From: Escherichia coli
GTDB taxonomy: Bacteria; Pseudomonadota; Gammaproteobacteria; Enterobacterales; Enterobacteriaceae
Direction: 5' to 3' (one strand)
Length of the DNA stretch: 64,000 nt
NCBI RefSeq assembly: GCF_044324875.1
Contig: NZ_CP172185.1
Shown: positions 17,270 through 32,885 of the stretch, piece after piece
How positions within the stretch are numbered: position 1 is the stretch's first letter
How the letters are laid out: each line of letters starts with the position of its first letter
The notes under the pieces: generated by a model
The model's database searches: none
What the model saw: only the letters and a program-made list of their open reading frames with translations
What the model was told of the DNA's origin: nothing
Position numbers and translations under genes: made by a program

Positions 17270-17541
17270 GCTCTGCGCTTGTAGAGCGACATGCTGCCCG
17301 TCCGGGTGCATGTTTTCACTTGTCGGATATTAAACCAGGAATTTATTATCTTGTTCGATGTTGTTGGTGATTGTCAGAGATAGTAAAGCGCGTTACTCTT
17401 TTCAGAGCAGTTTTTCATCCCTGAATATTTGCCATCAGCGCATTCTTATTATTGTAATAACACACGCGTTCACTTTTGGTGAAATTTTATCATCACTAAT
17501 AATACCTACCCCTTTGGTATTAATTATTTTATGGACCTTTT

Positions 17542-17757
17542 ATGACTGTTCAGGACTACTTATTAAAATTTCGCAAAATCAGTTCACTCGAAAGTTTGGA
17601 AAAACTCTACGACCATCTTAATTACACCCTGACGGACGATCAGGAACTGATCAATATGTATCGTGCTGCCGATCACCGTCGCGCAGAGCTGGTTTCTGGC
17701 GGGCGTTTGTTTGACCTCGGCCAGGTACCGAAGTCCGTCTGGCACTATGTCCAATAA
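17542..17757 (+). CDS. cnu: Hha-family H-NS-binding modulator Cnu (YdgT)
   Basis: 71-aa [29 protein letters not shown] matches Cnu. Confidence 0.85.
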
Positions 17758-17842
17758 AGAAAGTAGCGATCGGTTATAAAAGCCTTATAATAACGCCCCT
17801 AAAATTAGATTTGCCTGTTTGCGTCGCTATTCTGGAGAACCT

Positions 17843-18283
17843 ATGACCACCACAACGCCACAACGTATTGGAGGCTGGTTGCTTGGCCCATTGGCCTGGC
17901 TTTTAGTCGCTCTGTTAAGTACGACGCTGGCGTTGTTGCTGTATACCGCTGCGTTATCTTCTCCGCAAACATTTCAAACGCTCGGCGAACAAGCACTGAC
18001 GACACAAATCTTATGGGGCGTTTCATTTATTACCGCTATCGCCATGTGGTATTACACACTGTGGTTGACCATCGCTTTCTTTAAACGTCGGCGTTGTGTT
18101 CCTAAACACTATATTATCTGGCTGCTTATTTCCGTATTGCTGGCAGTAAAAGCGTTCGCTTTTTCACCCGTGGAAGATGGCATAGCCGTTCGCCAGTTAC
18201 TGTTTACTTTGTTGGCAACCGCATTGATCGTCCCCTATTTTAAACGCTCGTCGCGGGTGAAAGCGACGTTTGTGAATCCGTAA
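17843..18283 (+). CDS. ydgK: inner membrane protein YdgK
   Basis: ORF trimmed to the ATG at 17843, preceded by GGAG. It is 146 aa with four hydrophobic segments. Synteny matches. Confidence 0.8.
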   Translation: MTTTTPQRIGGWLLGPLAWLLVALLSTTLALLLYTAALSSPQTFQTLGEQALTTQILWGVSFITAIAMWYYTLWLTIAFFKRRRCVPKHYIIWLLISVLLAVKAFAFSPVEDGIAVRQLLFTLLATALIVPYFKRSSRVKATFVNP

Positions 18284-18359
18284 TAACCTTACAGTTAACC
18301 TGTTGTCGCCTGCTCTGGATTAACGGATAATAGGCGGCTTTTTTATTTCAGGCCGAAAA

Positions 18360-18940
18360 ATGACTGACTACCTGTTACTGTTTGTCGGAACTGTACTGGT
18401 CAATAACTTTGTACTGGTCAAGTTTCTCGGTCTCTGTCCGTTTATGGGGGTTTCCAAAAAGCTGGAAACCGCGATGGGCATGGGGCTGGCTACAACGTTT
18501 GTGATGACGCTGGCGTCTATTTGCGCCTGGCTTATCGATACGTGGATTTTGATCCCGCTTAATCTGATTTACCTGCGCACCCTGGCGTTTATTCTGGTGA
18601 TTGCTGTGGTTGTGCAGTTCACCGAGATGGTGGTGCGCAAAACCAGCCCGGTGCTTTACCGTCTGCTGGGGATTTTTTTGCCGCTTATCACCACCAACTG
18701 TGCAGTGCTCGGCGTGGCGTTGCTGAATATCAATCTCGGGCACAATTTCTTGCAGTCGGCGCTGTACGGTTTTTCCGCCGCTGTCGGTTTCTCGCTGGTG
18801 ATGGTGCTTTTCGCCGCCATCCGCGAACGCCTTGCTGTGGCTGATGTCCCGGCACCTTTTCGCGGTAATGCCATTGCGTTAATTACCGCAGGTCTTATGT
18901 CTCTGGCCTTTATGGGCTTTACTGGTTTGGTGAAGTTGTA

Positions 18941-18941
<1 letters not shown>
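18360..18941 (+). CDS. rsxA: Rsx (Rnf-type) electron transport complex subunit A
   Basis: 193-aa polytopic membrane ORF, the first of six translationally coupled rsx genes. Confidence 0.93.
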
Positions 18942-21638
<2,697 letters not shown>

Positions 21639-22697
21639 ATGGTATTCAGAATAGCTAGCTCCCCTTATACCCATAACCAGCGCCAAACATCGCGCATTAT
21701 GCTGTTGGTGTTGCTCGCAGCTGTGCCAGGAATCGCAGCGCAACTGTGGTTTTTTGGTTGGGGTACTCTCGTTCAGATCCTGTTGGCGTCGGTCAGTGCT
21801 CTGTTAGCCGAAGCTCTCGTACTCAAACTACGCAAGCAGTCGGTAGCCGCAACGTTGAAAGATAACTCAGCATTGCTGACAGGCTTATTGCTGGCGGTAA
21901 GTATTCCCCCCCTCGCGCCATGGTGGATGGTCGTACTAGGTACGGTGTTTGCGGTGATCATCGCTAAACAGTTGTATGGCGGTCTGGGGCAAAACCCGTT
22001 TAATCCGGCAATGATTGGTTATGTGGTCTTACTGATCTCCTTCCCGGTGCAGATGACCAGCTGGTTACCGCCACATGAAATTGCGGTCAACATCCCTGGT
22101 TTTATCGACGCCATACAGGTTATTTTCAGCGGACATACCACCAGTGGTGGTGATATGAACACGCTACGCTTAGGTATTGATGGCATTAGTCAGGCGACAC
22201 CGTTGGATACATTTAAAACCTCTGTCCGTGCCGGTCATTCGGTTGAACAGATTATGCAATATCCGATCTACAGCGGTATTCTGGCGGGCGCTGGTTGGCA
22301 ATGGGTAAATCTCGCCTGGCTGGCTGGCGGCGTGTGGTTGCTATGGCAGAAAGCGATTCGCTGGCATATTCCCCTCAGCTTCTTAGTAACGCTGGCGTTA
22401 TGCGCAACGTTGGGCTGGTTGTTCTCACCAGAAACACTGGCATCACCGCAAATTCATCTGCTGTCTGGTGCGACTATGCTCGGCGCATTCTTTATTTTGA
22501 CTGACCCGGTTACTGCTTCTACGACCAATCGTGGTCGTCTTATTTTCGGCGCGCTGGCGGGTTTATTAGTCTGGTTGATCCGCAGTTTCGGCGGCTATCC
22601 TGACGGCGTGGCTTTTGCCGTCCTGCTGGCGAACATCACGGTTCCTCTGATCGATTACTACACGCGTCCGCGCGTCTACGGCCATCGCAAAGGGTAA
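21639..22697 (+). CDS. rsxD: Rsx complex subunit D
   Basis: 352-aa membrane ORF whose start abuts the rsxC stop. Confidence 0.93.
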   Translation: MVFRIASSPYTHNQRQTSRIMLLVLLAAVPGIAAQLWFFGWGTLVQILLASVSALLAEALVLKLRKQSVAATLKDNSALLTGLLLAVSIPPLAPWWMVVLGTVFAVIIAKQLYGGLGQNPFNPAMIGYVVLLISFPVQMTSWLPPHEIAVNIPGFIDAIQVIFSGHTTSGGDMNTLRLGIDGISQATPLDTFKTSVRAGHSVEQIMQYPIYSGILAGAGWQWVNLAWLAGGVWLLWQKAIRWHIPLSFLVTLALCATLGWLFSPETLASPQIHLLSGATMLGAFFILTDPVTASTTNRGRLIFGALAGLLVWLIRSFGGYPDGVAFAVLLANITVPLIDYYTRPRVYGHRKG

Positions 22698-22700
22698 ACC

Positions 22701-23321
22701 ATGCTGAAAACTATCCGAAAACACGGCATTACACTGGCACTATTTGCAGCGGGTTCTACAGGGTTAACTGCGGCCATCAACCAGATGACCAAAACGACAA
22801 TTGCTGAACAGGCCAGTCTGCAACAAAAGGCGTTATTTGATCAGGTGCTGCCAGCCGAACGCTATAACAATGCGCTGGCACAGAGTTGCTATCTGGTCAC
22901 TGCGCCAGAGTTAGGTAAAGGTGAGCATCGGGTTTACATCGCCAAACAGGATGACAAACCGGTAGCCGCCGTTCTGGAAACAACCGCGCCAGATGGCTAT
23001 TCTGGTGCGATTCAGCTGCTGGTGGGAGCCGATTTTAACGGCACGGTACTTGGCACGCGCGTGACAGAGCACCACGAAACGCCAGGGCTTGGCGATAAAA
23101 TCGAACTGCGCCTTTCTGACTGGATTACCCATTTTGCGGGTAAAAAAATCAGTGGTGCGGATGATGCGCACTGGGCGGTGAAGAAAGATGGTGGTGATTT
23201 CGACCAGTTCACCGGCGCGACGATTACTCCGCGCGCGGTGGTAAATGCGGTAAAACGCGCCGGATTGTACGCTCAGACGTTACCGGCACAACTTTCTCAA
23301 CTTCCTGCCTGTGGAGAATAA
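22701..23321 (+). CDS. rsxG: Rsx complex subunit G
   Basis: 206 aa with an N-terminal anchor and an FMN-binding-type motif ([10 protein letters not shown]). Confidence 0.93.
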   Translation: MLKTIRKHGITLALFAAGSTGLTAAINQMTKTTIAEQASLQQKALFDQVLPAERYNNALAQSCYLVTAPELGKGEHRVYIAKQDDKPVAAVLETTAPDGYSGAIQLLVGADFNGTVLGTRVTEHHETPGLGDKIELRLSDWITHFAGKKISGADDAHWAVKKDGGDFDQFTGATITPRAVVNAVKRAGLYAQTLPAQLSQLPACGE

Positions 23322-23324
23322 AGC

Positions 23325-24020
23325 GTGAGCGAAATTAAAGACGTTATTGTTCAGGGGTTGTGGAAAAACAACTCTGCGCTGGTCCAGTTGCTCGGCCTTT
23401 GTCCGCTGCTGGCGGTCACGTCCACTGCCACCAACGCCCTGGGTTTAGGACTTGCGACTACGCTGGTACTGACGCTGACCAACCTGACCATTTCGACGCT
23501 GCGTCACTGGACGCCAGCCGAGATCCGCATTCCCATTTACGTGATGATCATCGCCTCGGTGGTCAGCGCTGTACAGATGCTGATCAACGCCTACGCCTTT
23601 GGCCTGTATCAATCATTAGGGATTTTTATTCCGCTGATTGTCACTAACTGTATCGTTGTGGGCCGCGCTGAAGCCTTCGCCGCCAAAAAAGGTCCGGCGC
23701 TTTCGGCACTGGACGGTTTTTCAATTGGTATGGGCGCAACCTGCGCCATGTTCGTGCTGGGTTCACTACGCGAAATAATCGGCAATGGCACGTTGTTTGA
23801 CGGTGCAGATGCGCTGTTAGGTAGCTGGGCAAAAGTATTACGCGTGGAGATTTTCCACACCGACTCCCCTTTCCTGCTGGCGATGCTGCCACCAGGTGCA
23901 TTTATTGGCCTGGGACTGATGCTGGCAGGGAAATACCTGATTGATGAAAGAATGAAAAAGCGCCGTACTGAAGCAGCTGCCGAACGTGCATTGCCAAACG
24001 GTGAAACAGGGAGTGTCTGA
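23325..24020 (+). CDS. rsxE: Rsx complex subunit E
   Basis: 231-aa membrane ORF with a GTG start ([27 protein letters not shown]). It is a paralog of RsxA. Confidence 0.93.
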   Translation: MSEIKDVIVQGLWKNNSALVQLLGLCPLLAVTSTATNALGLGLATTLVLTLTNLTISTLRHWTPAEIRIPIYVMIIASVVSAVQMLINAYAFGLYQSLGIFIPLIVTNCIVVGRAEAFAAKKGPALSALDGFSIGMGATCAMFVLGSLREIIGNGTLFDGADALLGSWAKVLRVEIFHTDSPFLLAMLPPGAFIGLGLMLAGKYLIDERMKKRRTEAAAERALPNGETGSV

Positions 24021-24655
24021 TGAACAAAGCAAAACGCCTGGAGATCCTCACTCGCCTGCGTGAGAACAATCCTCATCCCACCACCGAGCTTAATTTCAGT
24101 TCGCCTTTTGAATTGCTGATTGCCGTACTGCTTTCCGCTCAGGCGACCGATGTCAGTGTTAATAAGGCGACGGCGAAACTCTACCCGGTGGCTAATACAC
24201 CTGCAGCGATGCTTGAACTGGGCGTCGAAGGGGTGAAAACCTATATCAAAACCATTGGGCTTTATAACAGCAAAGCAGAAAATATCATCAAAACCTGCCG
24301 TATCTTACTGGAACAGCATAATGGCGAGGTTCCGGAAGATCGTGCTGCGCTTGAAGCCCTGCCTGGTGTAGGTCGTAAAACAGCCAACGTCGTATTAAAC
24401 ACTGCATTCGGCTGGCCGACTATTGCTGTCGACACGCACATTTTCCGCGTTTGTAATCGTACTCAATTTGCGCCGGGGAAAAACGTCGAACAGGTAGAAG
24501 AAAAGCTACTGAAAGTGGTTCCGGCAGAGTTTAAAGTCGACTGCCACCATTGGTTGATCCTGCACGGGCGTTATACCTGTATTGCCCGCAAGCCTCGCTG
24601 TGGCTCTTGTATTATTGAAGATCTTTGTGAATACAAAGAGAAAGTTGACATCTGA
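24020..24655 (+). CDS. nth: endonuclease III
   Basis: 211 aa with the HhH-GPD motif (LPGVGRKTANVVL) and a C-terminal Cx6Cx2Cx5C Fe-S cluster. Confidence 0.95.
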   Translation: MNKAKRLEILTRLRENNPHPTTELNFSSPFELLIAVLLSAQATDVSVNKATAKLYPVANTPAAMLELGVEGVKTYIKTIGLYNSKAENIIKTCRILLEQHNGEVPEDRAALEALPGVGRKTANVVLNTAFGWPTIAVDTHIFRVCNRTQFAPGKNVEQVEEKLLKVVPAEFKVDCHHWLILHGRYTCIARKPRCGSCIIEDLCEYKEKVDI

Positions 24656-25265
24656 AGAAAAGGGGTAACACCGATTACCCCATTGATAACCTTTCTTTAT
24701 CCTCTTTTAAAACATCTTTTTAACGTCAATGATGCCATTGCTTAGCGTTATCATCAGGTAATCCGTTTGCGGATAACCAAAAATGCAGGTTAATTGTTTT
24801 TTTAATAGCGAAATTTTCTATTCATTCGTGATCAAGATCACGATGCTGTGGCAATGTAAAAACATTGCAAGAACTAGGTTAAAATCATTTAAATTTACAC
24901 ACGCAACAAATATTGACCTACAAAACATTACACTGGCTATTTTTCAGAAACTGGACTATCTCACTAGGAAAAACGCTAAATAGCAGAACATATCGCCGTT
25001 AAGCCATCATCCCCCTCTCAGGGTAGTGAAAAAATCTGCCGTTACGTTTTTTGAAAAATTTAACGCTGGATAACATTTCCCGGAATGGTTGAATTCCCCG
25101 CCTCAGTTATATGTAACAGATTATTACAAAGGACTTGTCTGAAAGTGCAAGATAGTGAACATTACCTGCCGTTTCCCCTCCCACTATAACAATTGCGCGT
25201 ATGTTTTTTAGGCATAACGCGAGAAAGCACCCCCGTTAATATGGGATGTAAAAAAAGAGGTAAAA

Positions 25266-26768
25266 GTGTCCACTGCAAACCAAAAACCAACTGAAAGCGT
25301 CAGTTTGAACGCTTTCAAACAACCGAAGGCGTTCTATCTCATCTTCTCGATTGAGTTATGGGAACGTTTTGGTTATTACGGCCTACAAGGAATTATGGCT
25401 GTTTACCTGGTTAAACAACTGGGTATGTCTGAAGCGGATTCAATCACCCTTTTCTCTTCCTTTAGTGCCCTGGTTTATGGTCTGGTCGCTATCGGCGGCT
25501 GGTTAGGTGACAAGGTACTGGGTACTAAACGCGTAATTATGCTTGGCGCTATTGTGCTGGCGATTGGTTATGCTCTGGTTGCCTGGTCTGGTCACGACGC
25601 CGGTATCGTTTATATGGGTATGGCGGCTATTGCGGTCGGTAACGGCCTGTTTAAAGCTAACCCGTCTTCTCTGCTTTCTACATGCTATGAGAAAAACGAC
25701 CCGCGTCTGGACGGTGCATTCACCATGTACTACATGTCCGTCAACATCGGCTCTTTCTTCTCTATGATCGCCACCCCGTGGCTGGCCGCGAAATACGGCT
25801 GGAGTGTTGCGTTTGCGTTGAGCGTTGTAGGCCTGCTGATCACTATCGTTAACTTCGCCTTCTGCCAACGCTGGGTTAAACAGTACGGTTCAAAACCAGA
25901 CTTCGAGCCTATCAACTACCGTAACCTGCTGCTGACCATTATTGGTGTTGTGGCACTGATCGCTATCGCCACCTGGCTGCTGCACAATCAGGAAGTTGCG
26001 CGTATGGCGCTGGGCGTTGTTGCCTTCGGTATTGTGGTTATCTTCGGTAAAGAAGCCTTCGCGATGAAAGGTGCTGCGCGTCGTAAAATGATCGTTGCCT
26101 TCATCCTGATGCTCGAAGCCATTATCTTCTTCGTGCTGTACAGCCAGATGCCAACGTCACTGAACTTCTTTGCGATTCGTAACGTTGAACACACCATTCT
26201 GGGCCTGGCCGTAGAACCTGAGCAGTATCAGGCACTGAACCCGTTCTGGATCATCATTGGTAGCCCGATTCTGGCCGCTATCTATAACAAGATGGGCGAT
26301 ACCCTGCCGATGCCAACTAAGTTTGCAATCGGTATGGTGATGTGTTCTGGTGCGTTCCTGATTCTGCCGCTGGGTGCAAAATTCGCGTCTGACGCAGGTA
26401 TCGTGTCTGTAAGCTGGCTGGTCGCAAGCTATGGCCTGCAGAGTATCGGGGAACTTATGATCTCTGGTCTGGGTCTGGCAATGGTTGCACAACTCGTTCC
26501 GCAGCGTCTGATGGGCTTCATTATGGGTAGCTGGTTCCTGACCACTGCCGGTGCAAACCTGATTGGTGGTTATGTTGCGGGTATGATGGCTGTGCCGGAT
26601 AACGTTACCGATCCGCTGATGTCACTGGAAGTCTATGGTCGCGTATTCTTGCAGATTGGTGTCGCTACTGCCGTTATTGCTGTACTGATGCTGCTGACCG
26701 CGCCGAAACTGCACCGCATGACGCAGGATGACGCTGCAGACAAAGCGGCGAAAGCTGCTGTAGCGTAA
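25266..26768 (+). CDS. dtpA: POT-family di/tripeptide permease DtpA (TppB)
   Basis: 500-aa ORF with a GTG start and the PTR2 signature [13 protein letters not shown] long 5' intergenic region precedes it, as in K-12. Confidence 0.92.
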
Positions 26769-26790
26769 AATTCAGGGAAACTCTTTTACA

Positions 26791-26823
26791 AGCCGCTAAC
26801 TTTTCGTTAGCGGCTTTTTTTTT
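26791..26823 (+). terminator. rho-independent terminator of dtpA
   Basis: Perfect 10-bp stem AGCCGCTAAC / GTTAGCGGCT with a 5-nt loop, followed by a run of 9 T. Confidence 0.8.
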
Positions 26824-26873
26824 GTTCAGCAACGCACTACCATACTTTAAACCACAGACAAAAGGAGTTACCG

Positions 26874-27479
26874 ATGAAATTGTTCTACAAACCGGGTGCC
26901 TGCTCTCTCGCTTCCCATATCACCCTGCGTGAGAGCGGAAAGGATTTTACGCTCGTCAGTGTGGATTTAATGAAAAAACGTCTCGAAAACGGTGACGATT
27001 ACTTTGCCGTTAACCCTAAGGGACAGGTGCCTGCATTGCTGCTGGACGATGGTACTTTGCTGACGGAAGGCGTAGCAATTATGCAGTATCTTGCCGACAG
27101 CGTCCCCGACCGCCAGTTGCTGGCACCGGTAAACAGTATTTCCCGCTATAAAACCATCGAATGGCTGAATTACATCGCCACCGAGCTGCATAAAGGTTTC
27201 ACACCTCTGTTTCGCCCTGATACACCGGAAGAGTACAAACCGACAGTTCGCGCGCAGCTGGAGAAGAAGCTGCAATATGTGAACGAGGCACTGAAGGATG
27301 AGCACTGGATCTGCGGGCAACGATTCACAATTGCTGATGCCTATCTGTTTACGGTTATGCGCTGGGCATACGCGGTGAAACTGAATCTGGAAGGGTTAGA
27401 GCACATTGCGGCATTTATGCAACGTATGGCTGAACGTCCGGAAGTACAAGACGCGCTGTCAGCGGAAGGCTTAAAGTAA
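26874..27479 (+). CDS. gstA: glutathione S-transferase
   Basis: 201-aa [25 protein letters not shown] matches GstA. Confidence 0.93.
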   Translation: MKLFYKPGACSLASHITLRESGKDFTLVSVDLMKKRLENGDDYFAVNPKGQVPALLLDDGTLLTEGVAIMQYLADSVPDRQLLAPVNSISRYKTIEWLNYIATELHKGFTPLFRPDTPEEYKPTVRAQLEKKLQYVNEALKDEHWICGQRFTIADAYLFTVMRWAYAVKLNLEGLEHIAAFMQRMAERPEVQDALSAEGLK

Positions 27480-27522
27480 TAGCCATCGGCCCACAGGTCG
27501 TTGTGGGCCGAAATGAGATATT

Positions 27523-28386
27523 TCAGAGCTTTGTTGCGCTGAAATAATGTTCTGGATTGGCAATACGATCCTGAGCAGCAACCACTTGCAGCTCATATTC
27601 CTGCATTGCTTTGGTGGTCACCATGATTTCGTATACTGCAGCGGTCACATGTTCCAGGGCCTCCTGCAGCGTTGCCCCCTGAAGCAGTTTCACCAGCAGT
27701 AAACCGCTCGTCACATCACCAACACCTACCGGCTGGCGCATACCAAAATCCACCAGCGGACGGCTGATATGCCAGGCTTCATCGGCGGTAACCAGCAGCA
27801 TTTCAAAACGGTCACGGCTGTAGCCAGCTCGCGCCAGGTGTTTAACCAACACAATTTGTGGCCCTTGCGCAATGAGTTCGCGCGCTGCCAGAACCGCTTC
27901 TTCGACGTTATTTACTGGATGCTCACAGAGTATTTCCAGCTCAACCAGATTCGGCGCAATGATATCGCTGGCAGGCAAACCGTGACGCACATGAAACTCT
28001 GCGACACCCGGTGCAACGATACAGCCTTTTTCCGGATGACCCATTACCGGATCGCAAAAATATTTCGCCTGCGGATTTGCTGCTTTCACCTGACGAACGA
28101 TACCGAGAATATGTTCCCCCTGCTCCGCCGAACCCAGATAGCCACTTAATACGGCATCACAGGTGTGTAATTTATCAATGGCGGCAATGCCTTGCACAAT
28201 TTCGGTTAAATGGCTGGGCGGCATCACGCAGCCAGTCCATTTGCCGTATTGGGTGTGATTAGAAAATTGAACGGTGTTCAGCGGCCAGACGTTCGCGCCC
28301 AGGCGGCGCATCGGAAACTCTGCCGCACTGTTACCCGCATGACCATAAACAACGTGAGACTGGATAGCGAGAATATTTTTCATCAT
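27523..28386 (-). CDS. pdxY: pyridoxal kinase 2
   Basis: 287-aa ORF of the ribokinase-like PdxY family, downstream of tyrS in the pdxH-tyrS-pdxY arrangement. Confidence 0.92.
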   Translation of the reverse strand: MMKNILAIQSHVVYGHAGNSAAEFPMRRLGANVWPLNTVQFSNHTQYGKWTGCVMPPSHLTEIVQGIAAIDKLHTCDAVLSGYLGSAEQGEHILGIVRQVKAANPQAKYFCDPVMGHPEKGCIVAPGVAEFHVRHGLPASDIIAPNLVELEILCEHPVNNVEEAVLAARELIAQGPQIVLVKHLARAGYSRDRFEMLLVTADEAWHISRPLVDFGMRQPVGVGDVTSGLLLVKLLQGATLQEALEHVTAAVYEIMVTTKAMQEYELQVVAAQDRIANPEHYFSATKL

Positions 28387-28444
28387 GTTCCCTGTATAAA
28401 AACCAGGGGGAGTGATTTCTCACTCCCCCTTTCCACTTAATGCA

Positions 28445-29719
28445 TTATTTCCAGCAAATCAGACAGTAATTCTTTTTGCCGCGACGCAGTAAGGTAAAAC
28501 GACCAAACAGACGATCTTCTTCTTTAAAGAAGTATTCAGGATCGGACTGTTTTTCACCGTTAATGGTGATGGCATTGGAGGCGATGGTTTTACGCGCCTG
28601 ACCACGGGAAGGTTGCAGTTCAGAATCGACCAGCGCCTGCATCAGGTCTGCGCCCTTTTCCATCTCAACCATCGGTACGCCGTCCTGCGCCAGCTGTTCG
28701 AAGTCCGCTTCACTCAGCGCACTCAAGGAACCGCTGAACAGGCATTCGGTAATACGTTTTGCCGCCTGTAAACCTTCTTCACCGTGAACCAGACGAGTCA
28801 CCTGCTCCGCCAGTACATACTGGGCGCGCGGTGCTTTACCGCTGTTTTTATCTTCTTCTTCCAGGGCGTTGATCTCTTCAATGCTCATAAAGGTGAAGAA
28901 CTTCAGGAAGCGGTAAACGTCGGCATCCGCAGTGTTGATCCAGAACTGGTAGAATTTGTACGGGCTGGTTTTCTTCGGATCCAACCAGACTGCGCCGCCT
29001 TCAGTTTTACCAAATTTGGTGCCGTCTGCTTTGGTGATCAGCGGAACGGTCAGGCCAAACACCTGATTCTGATGCAGACGACGGGTCAGGTCGATACCAG
29101 AAGTGATGTTACCCCACTGGTCAGAACCACCAATTTGCAGCACCACACCGTACTGTTTGTTCAGACAGGCGAAGTCATAACCCTGCAACAGGTTGTAGGA
29201 AAACTCAGTGAACGAAATCCCCTGATCTTCACGGTTGAGACGCTGCTTAACCGCTTCTTTGTTGATCATCTGGTTAACGGAGAAGTGTTTGCCAATATCG
29301 CGCAGGAAGGTCAGCACATTCATATTGCCGAACCAGTCATAGTTGTTCGCCGCGATAGCAGAGTTTTCTCCACAGTCGAAATCGAGGAACGGGGCAACCT
29401 GCTTGCGGATTTTGTCCACCCATTCCTGAACAGTTTCTTCGGTGTTCAGCTTACGCTCAGCAGCTTTGAAGCTCGGGTCGCCAATCAGACCCGTCGCGCC
29501 GCCTACCAGCGCAACCGGCTTGTGGCCCGCCTGCTGGAAGCGTTTCAGGCATAACAATGGAACAAGATGCCCCAAATGCAAGCTGTCAGCGGTAGGATCG
29601 AAGCCGCAATAGAGCGCGATCGGGCCTTGCGCCAGTCGCTCTGCTAACGCTTCCTCGTCCGTCACCTGGGCTACCAGCCCCCGCTCTTGCAATTGTTTAA
29701 TCAAGTTACTGCTTGCCAT
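28445..29719 (-). CDS. tyrS: tyrosine--tRNA ligase
   Basis: ORF trimmed to the ATG at 29719 ([14 protein letters not shown]), giving 424 aa. The class I motifs HLGH and KFGKT are present. Confidence 0.96.
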
Positions 29720-29847
29720 CAAAATCTCCATGTATATAACGACTGCACCTTTGCCGGTACACGACTTTTCGCCAGATGCGAAAGAGACATAGAATAAAGT
29801 GCCAGAATCAGGAGTACCAGCGATTAAAGCAAGATTTTTGCATCTTT

Positions 29848-30504
29848 TCAGGGGGCAAGACGATCAATCTTCCACGCATCATTTTCACGCTGGTACAAAA
29901 AGCGGTCATGCAGGCGATGCTCACCGCCCTGCCAGAACTCAATCTGTTCAAGGCTGACGCGAAAACCGCCCCAAAAACTCGGCAATGGCACTTCGCCCTG
30001 TTGAAACTTCTGCTTCAGCTCCAGGAATTTACTTTCAAGGATACCGCGGGCAGAAATGCGACTGGACTGCTTCGAAACCCATGCACCAATCTGGCTATCA
30101 CGCGGGCGGCTATGAAAATATTTCATCACTTCGAGAGTCGAAAGTCGTTCCGCTTTACCGATCACCATCACCTGGCGCTCAAGGGTATGCCACGGGAACA
30201 GCAGGCTAACGCGCGGATTATTTTCGATTTGATGTGCTTTACGGCTGCCGAGGTTGGTGTAAAACACCATGCCTTTTTCGTCGTAATGTTTGAGTAAAAC
30301 GATGCGCTGATAAGGCTGACCATGTTCATCCACGGTAGCGACCACCATCGCGGTAGGGTCCGCCAGTTTGGCTTCACACGCCTGAGAGAGCCAGCGTTCA
30401 AAAAGGGTTAATGGATCGGCGGGAAGATCGCGGCGGCGTAATCCGCCTTTGGTGTATTCACGGCGCAGATGCGCGATTTGCTGCAATTCGTCGTTATCAG
30501 ACAT
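29848..30504 (-). CDS. pdxH: pyridoxine/pyridoxamine 5'-phosphate oxidase
   Basis: 218-aa [30 protein letters not shown] with the C-terminal motif WKIDRLAP. Confidence 0.95.
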
Positions 30505-30562
30505 GGTTTTCTTTACGGATTGTCAGTGGGTGACGCTATTGTGCGCCGCCCCTGGAAAAATC

Positions 30563-30892
30563 TCAACGCTGTGGATTTTGTAACTGACAGTTATTCAAGA
30601 CGATGCGGTCGCGTTTATAGACAGTCGCTTCCTCGCCTTTCGACCAGAAAACATAGATCCCGTCGGTGTAACGTGCACCAGACGCAGAAATGCCCTGTTT
30701 GAGATGCAGTAGTTGATTATCGTAAACAAAACTGACTTCCTGGCGCGGATTATTCAGTTTGACCGTCAACGGTTTTTCATCACACTGGTATTCCAGCGTA
30801 TCGGTTTGCATGCGCTCAACCAGTTGATTGAACGCGCTACAGCCGGTGAGAAGGACCGGCAAACAGATCAGTAACAGTTTTTTCATAGACAT
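30563..30892 (-). CDS. mliC: membrane-bound lysozyme inhibitor of C-type lysozyme (lipoprotein)
   Basis: 109 aa with the lipobox LLTGC. Sequence and position match MliC/YdhA. Confidence 0.85.
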   Translation of the reverse strand: MSMKKLLLICLPVLLTGCSAFNQLVERMQTDTLEYQCDEKPLTVKLNNPRQEVSFVYDNQLLHLKQGISASGARYTDGIYVFWSKGEEATVYKRDRIVLNNCQLQNPQR

Positions 30893-30989
30893 ATCCCGAA
30901 GACTTTCCTGGTCTGGAGGGCAATACGCCCTCCCTAACGTTCCAAGTGTAACGGCAGACGCGGTAAGAAAAATTCAGTTAACTCTGATA

Positions 30990-32099
30990 TCACGGGTTAG
31001 CGGGGAAAATAGCCCCGAGTACCGTCTCCTGGCTTGCGCCAGTGACGGAAGGCAGATTTCCTGGTAATCCCGCCAGCGTCCGCCAGGCAAGCCAGGCGAA
31101 AGCCAATGCTTCCATGTCATCGCCACTAATGCCAACGGCATCGGTGGTGGTGACTTCTGTGCCTGGCAGTAATGCCGCCAGACGCGCCATGAGTAGCGGA
31201 TTACGACTTCCTCCACCACATACCATCAATCGTTCGCAGCCACCGCTCAACAAAACTTGTTCAGAAATGGTCACGGCGGTGAGTTCTGCCAGTGTCGCCT
31301 GTACATCTCGGGGATCAACACCCGGAAAATGGCGCAAATGGCGCTCCAGCCAGCCGTAGTTAAAGTATTCGCGTCCGGTACTTTTCGGTGCAGGTTGCGA
31401 GAAATACGGGTCGCTAAGCATATTTTGCAGCAGTGGGAGAATGACTTTACCCGCCCGTGCCCACTCGGCATCTTTATCGTAAGGTTTACCTGCCTGACGC
31501 CAGATCCAGGCATCCATCAGCATGTTACCAGGACCGGTATCGTAGCCCCCTACCGGCTGCCCAGGAATGAGCAGTGACAGATTGGCGATGCCACCAATAT
31601 TGAGCACCATTCGTCGCTCGGTTGGGTGAGCCAGCAGCGCATGATGGAACGCAGGTACCAGCGGTGCGCCTTGTCCTCCTAAGGCAATATCGCGACGGCG
31701 AAAATCACCGACAACCGTAATTCCGGTGCGTGCCACAATTTGATTGTTATCGCCAATCTGTAAAGTGTGTGGTGCCACGCCCGTCGGTTCATGCCAGACG
31801 GTTTGACCGTGACAGCCGATCGCAACGATATCTCTCGCCTGCAGGTTTTGTTCCTTAAGCAAGGCATTGACCGCATCAGCAAAAAGTCGCCCGAGTTGAG
31901 TATCAAGCTGTCCAAACTGAGAAAGTGTAAGCTGCTGGCCCTGGCAAATATCCAGTACAGCCTGTTTCAGAGACACCGGGATCGGCCAGCTCAAACTTGC
32001 CAGCTGTGCGACCCGGTGTTCATCAATTGTCGCCAACACAACATCAACACCATCAAGGCTGGTGCCTGACATAACGCCAATAAAGCGGCCCGATTTCAT
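30990..32099 (-). CDS. anmK: anhydro-N-acetylmuramic acid kinase
   Basis: 369-aa [26 protein letters not shown] matches the AnmK family. Confidence 0.93.
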
Positions 32100-32372
32100 A
32101 GTTCATCCTTTTTCAATCTGACGTTTGCGCACCACTCAAACATAAACTTTTCGTGAATACCATGCGGAATGACCGATTTTTACCGTTGGTAGTAAAACAT
32201 TATCTTCAAATCAATAATCATCATGAATGTTTTGTTTATAATTGGTTGATCCTACTTTCATTATGATTTGCTCATATTTGGTAGAACATGTAACCATGGA
32301 TTCACATATGCCATATACTTTGACCATGAGGGATGCTTGCGTGGCGTTTCATGGTGAACAGGAGATTTTTCA

Positions 32373-32840
32373 ATGATTAAACGCGTATTGGTTGTTTCAA
32401 TGGTAGGTCTGTCTCTTGTCGGTTGTGTTAATAACGACACCCTGTCAGGGGATGTTTATACCGCTTCTGAAGCGAAACAAGTACAGAATGTCAGCTATGG
32501 CACCATCGTTAACGTACGTCCGGTACAGATTCAGGGCGGTGATGATTCCAACGTTATCGGCGCAATTGGCGGTGCTGTTCTTGGTGGTTTCCTGGGGAAT
32601 ACTGTTGGTGGCGGAACCGGGCGTTCTCTGGCTACTGCAGCAGGCGCTGTTGCAGGTGGCGTAGCCGGTCAGGGCGTACAGAGTGCAATGAACAAAACGC
32701 AGGGTGTCGAGCTGGAAATTCGTAAAGACGATGGTAATACCATCATGGTGGTACAGAAACAAGGCAACACTCGTTTCTCTCCGGGCCAACGTGTCGTACT
32801 GGCCAGCAATGGCAGTCAGGTGACCGTTTCTCCGCGCTAA
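32373..32840 (+). CDS. slyB: outer membrane lipoprotein SlyB
   Basis: 155 aa with the lipobox LVGC and the glycine-zipper region GAIGGAVLGGFLG. Confidence 0.92.
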   Translation: MIKRVLVVSMVGLSLVGCVNNDTLSGDVYTASEAKQVQNVSYGTIVNVRPVQIQGGDDSNVIGAIGGAVLGGFLGNTVGGGTGRSLATAAGAVAGGVAGQGVQSAMNKTQGVELEIRKDDGNTIMVVQKQGNTRFSPGQRVVLASNGSQVTVSPR

Positions 32841-32847
32841 ATAGTTT

Positions 32848-32875
32848 GCGTGTGGTCAGGTTACTGACCACACGC
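32848..32875. terminator. hairpin between convergent slyB and slyA
   Basis: Perfect 12-bp stem GCGTGTGGTCAG / CTGACCACACGC with a 4-nt loop. Confidence 0.55.
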
Positions 32876-32885
32876 CTCCTTCATT

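Noticed and set aside
17358-17621. 87-aa ORF in the blr-cnu intergenic region
   Set aside because: It is AT-rich, has no RBS and overlaps the cnu start. This region is intergenic in K-12 as I recall.
24783-24983. 66-aa ORF in the long nth-dtpA intergenic region
   Set aside because: It has AT-rich, low-complexity codon content and no RBS. The region is the long regulatory leader of dtpA in E. coli.
27487-27510. 9-bp hairpin CGGCCCACA / TGTGGGCCG between gstA and pdxY, considered as a bidirectional terminator
   Set aside because: The stem is real, but neither strand has a following T-run. It is not reported as a terminator feature.
28784-29554. 256-aa plus-strand ORF
   Set aside because: It is antisense to tyrS, which is unambiguous from its HLGH and KFGKT motifs.
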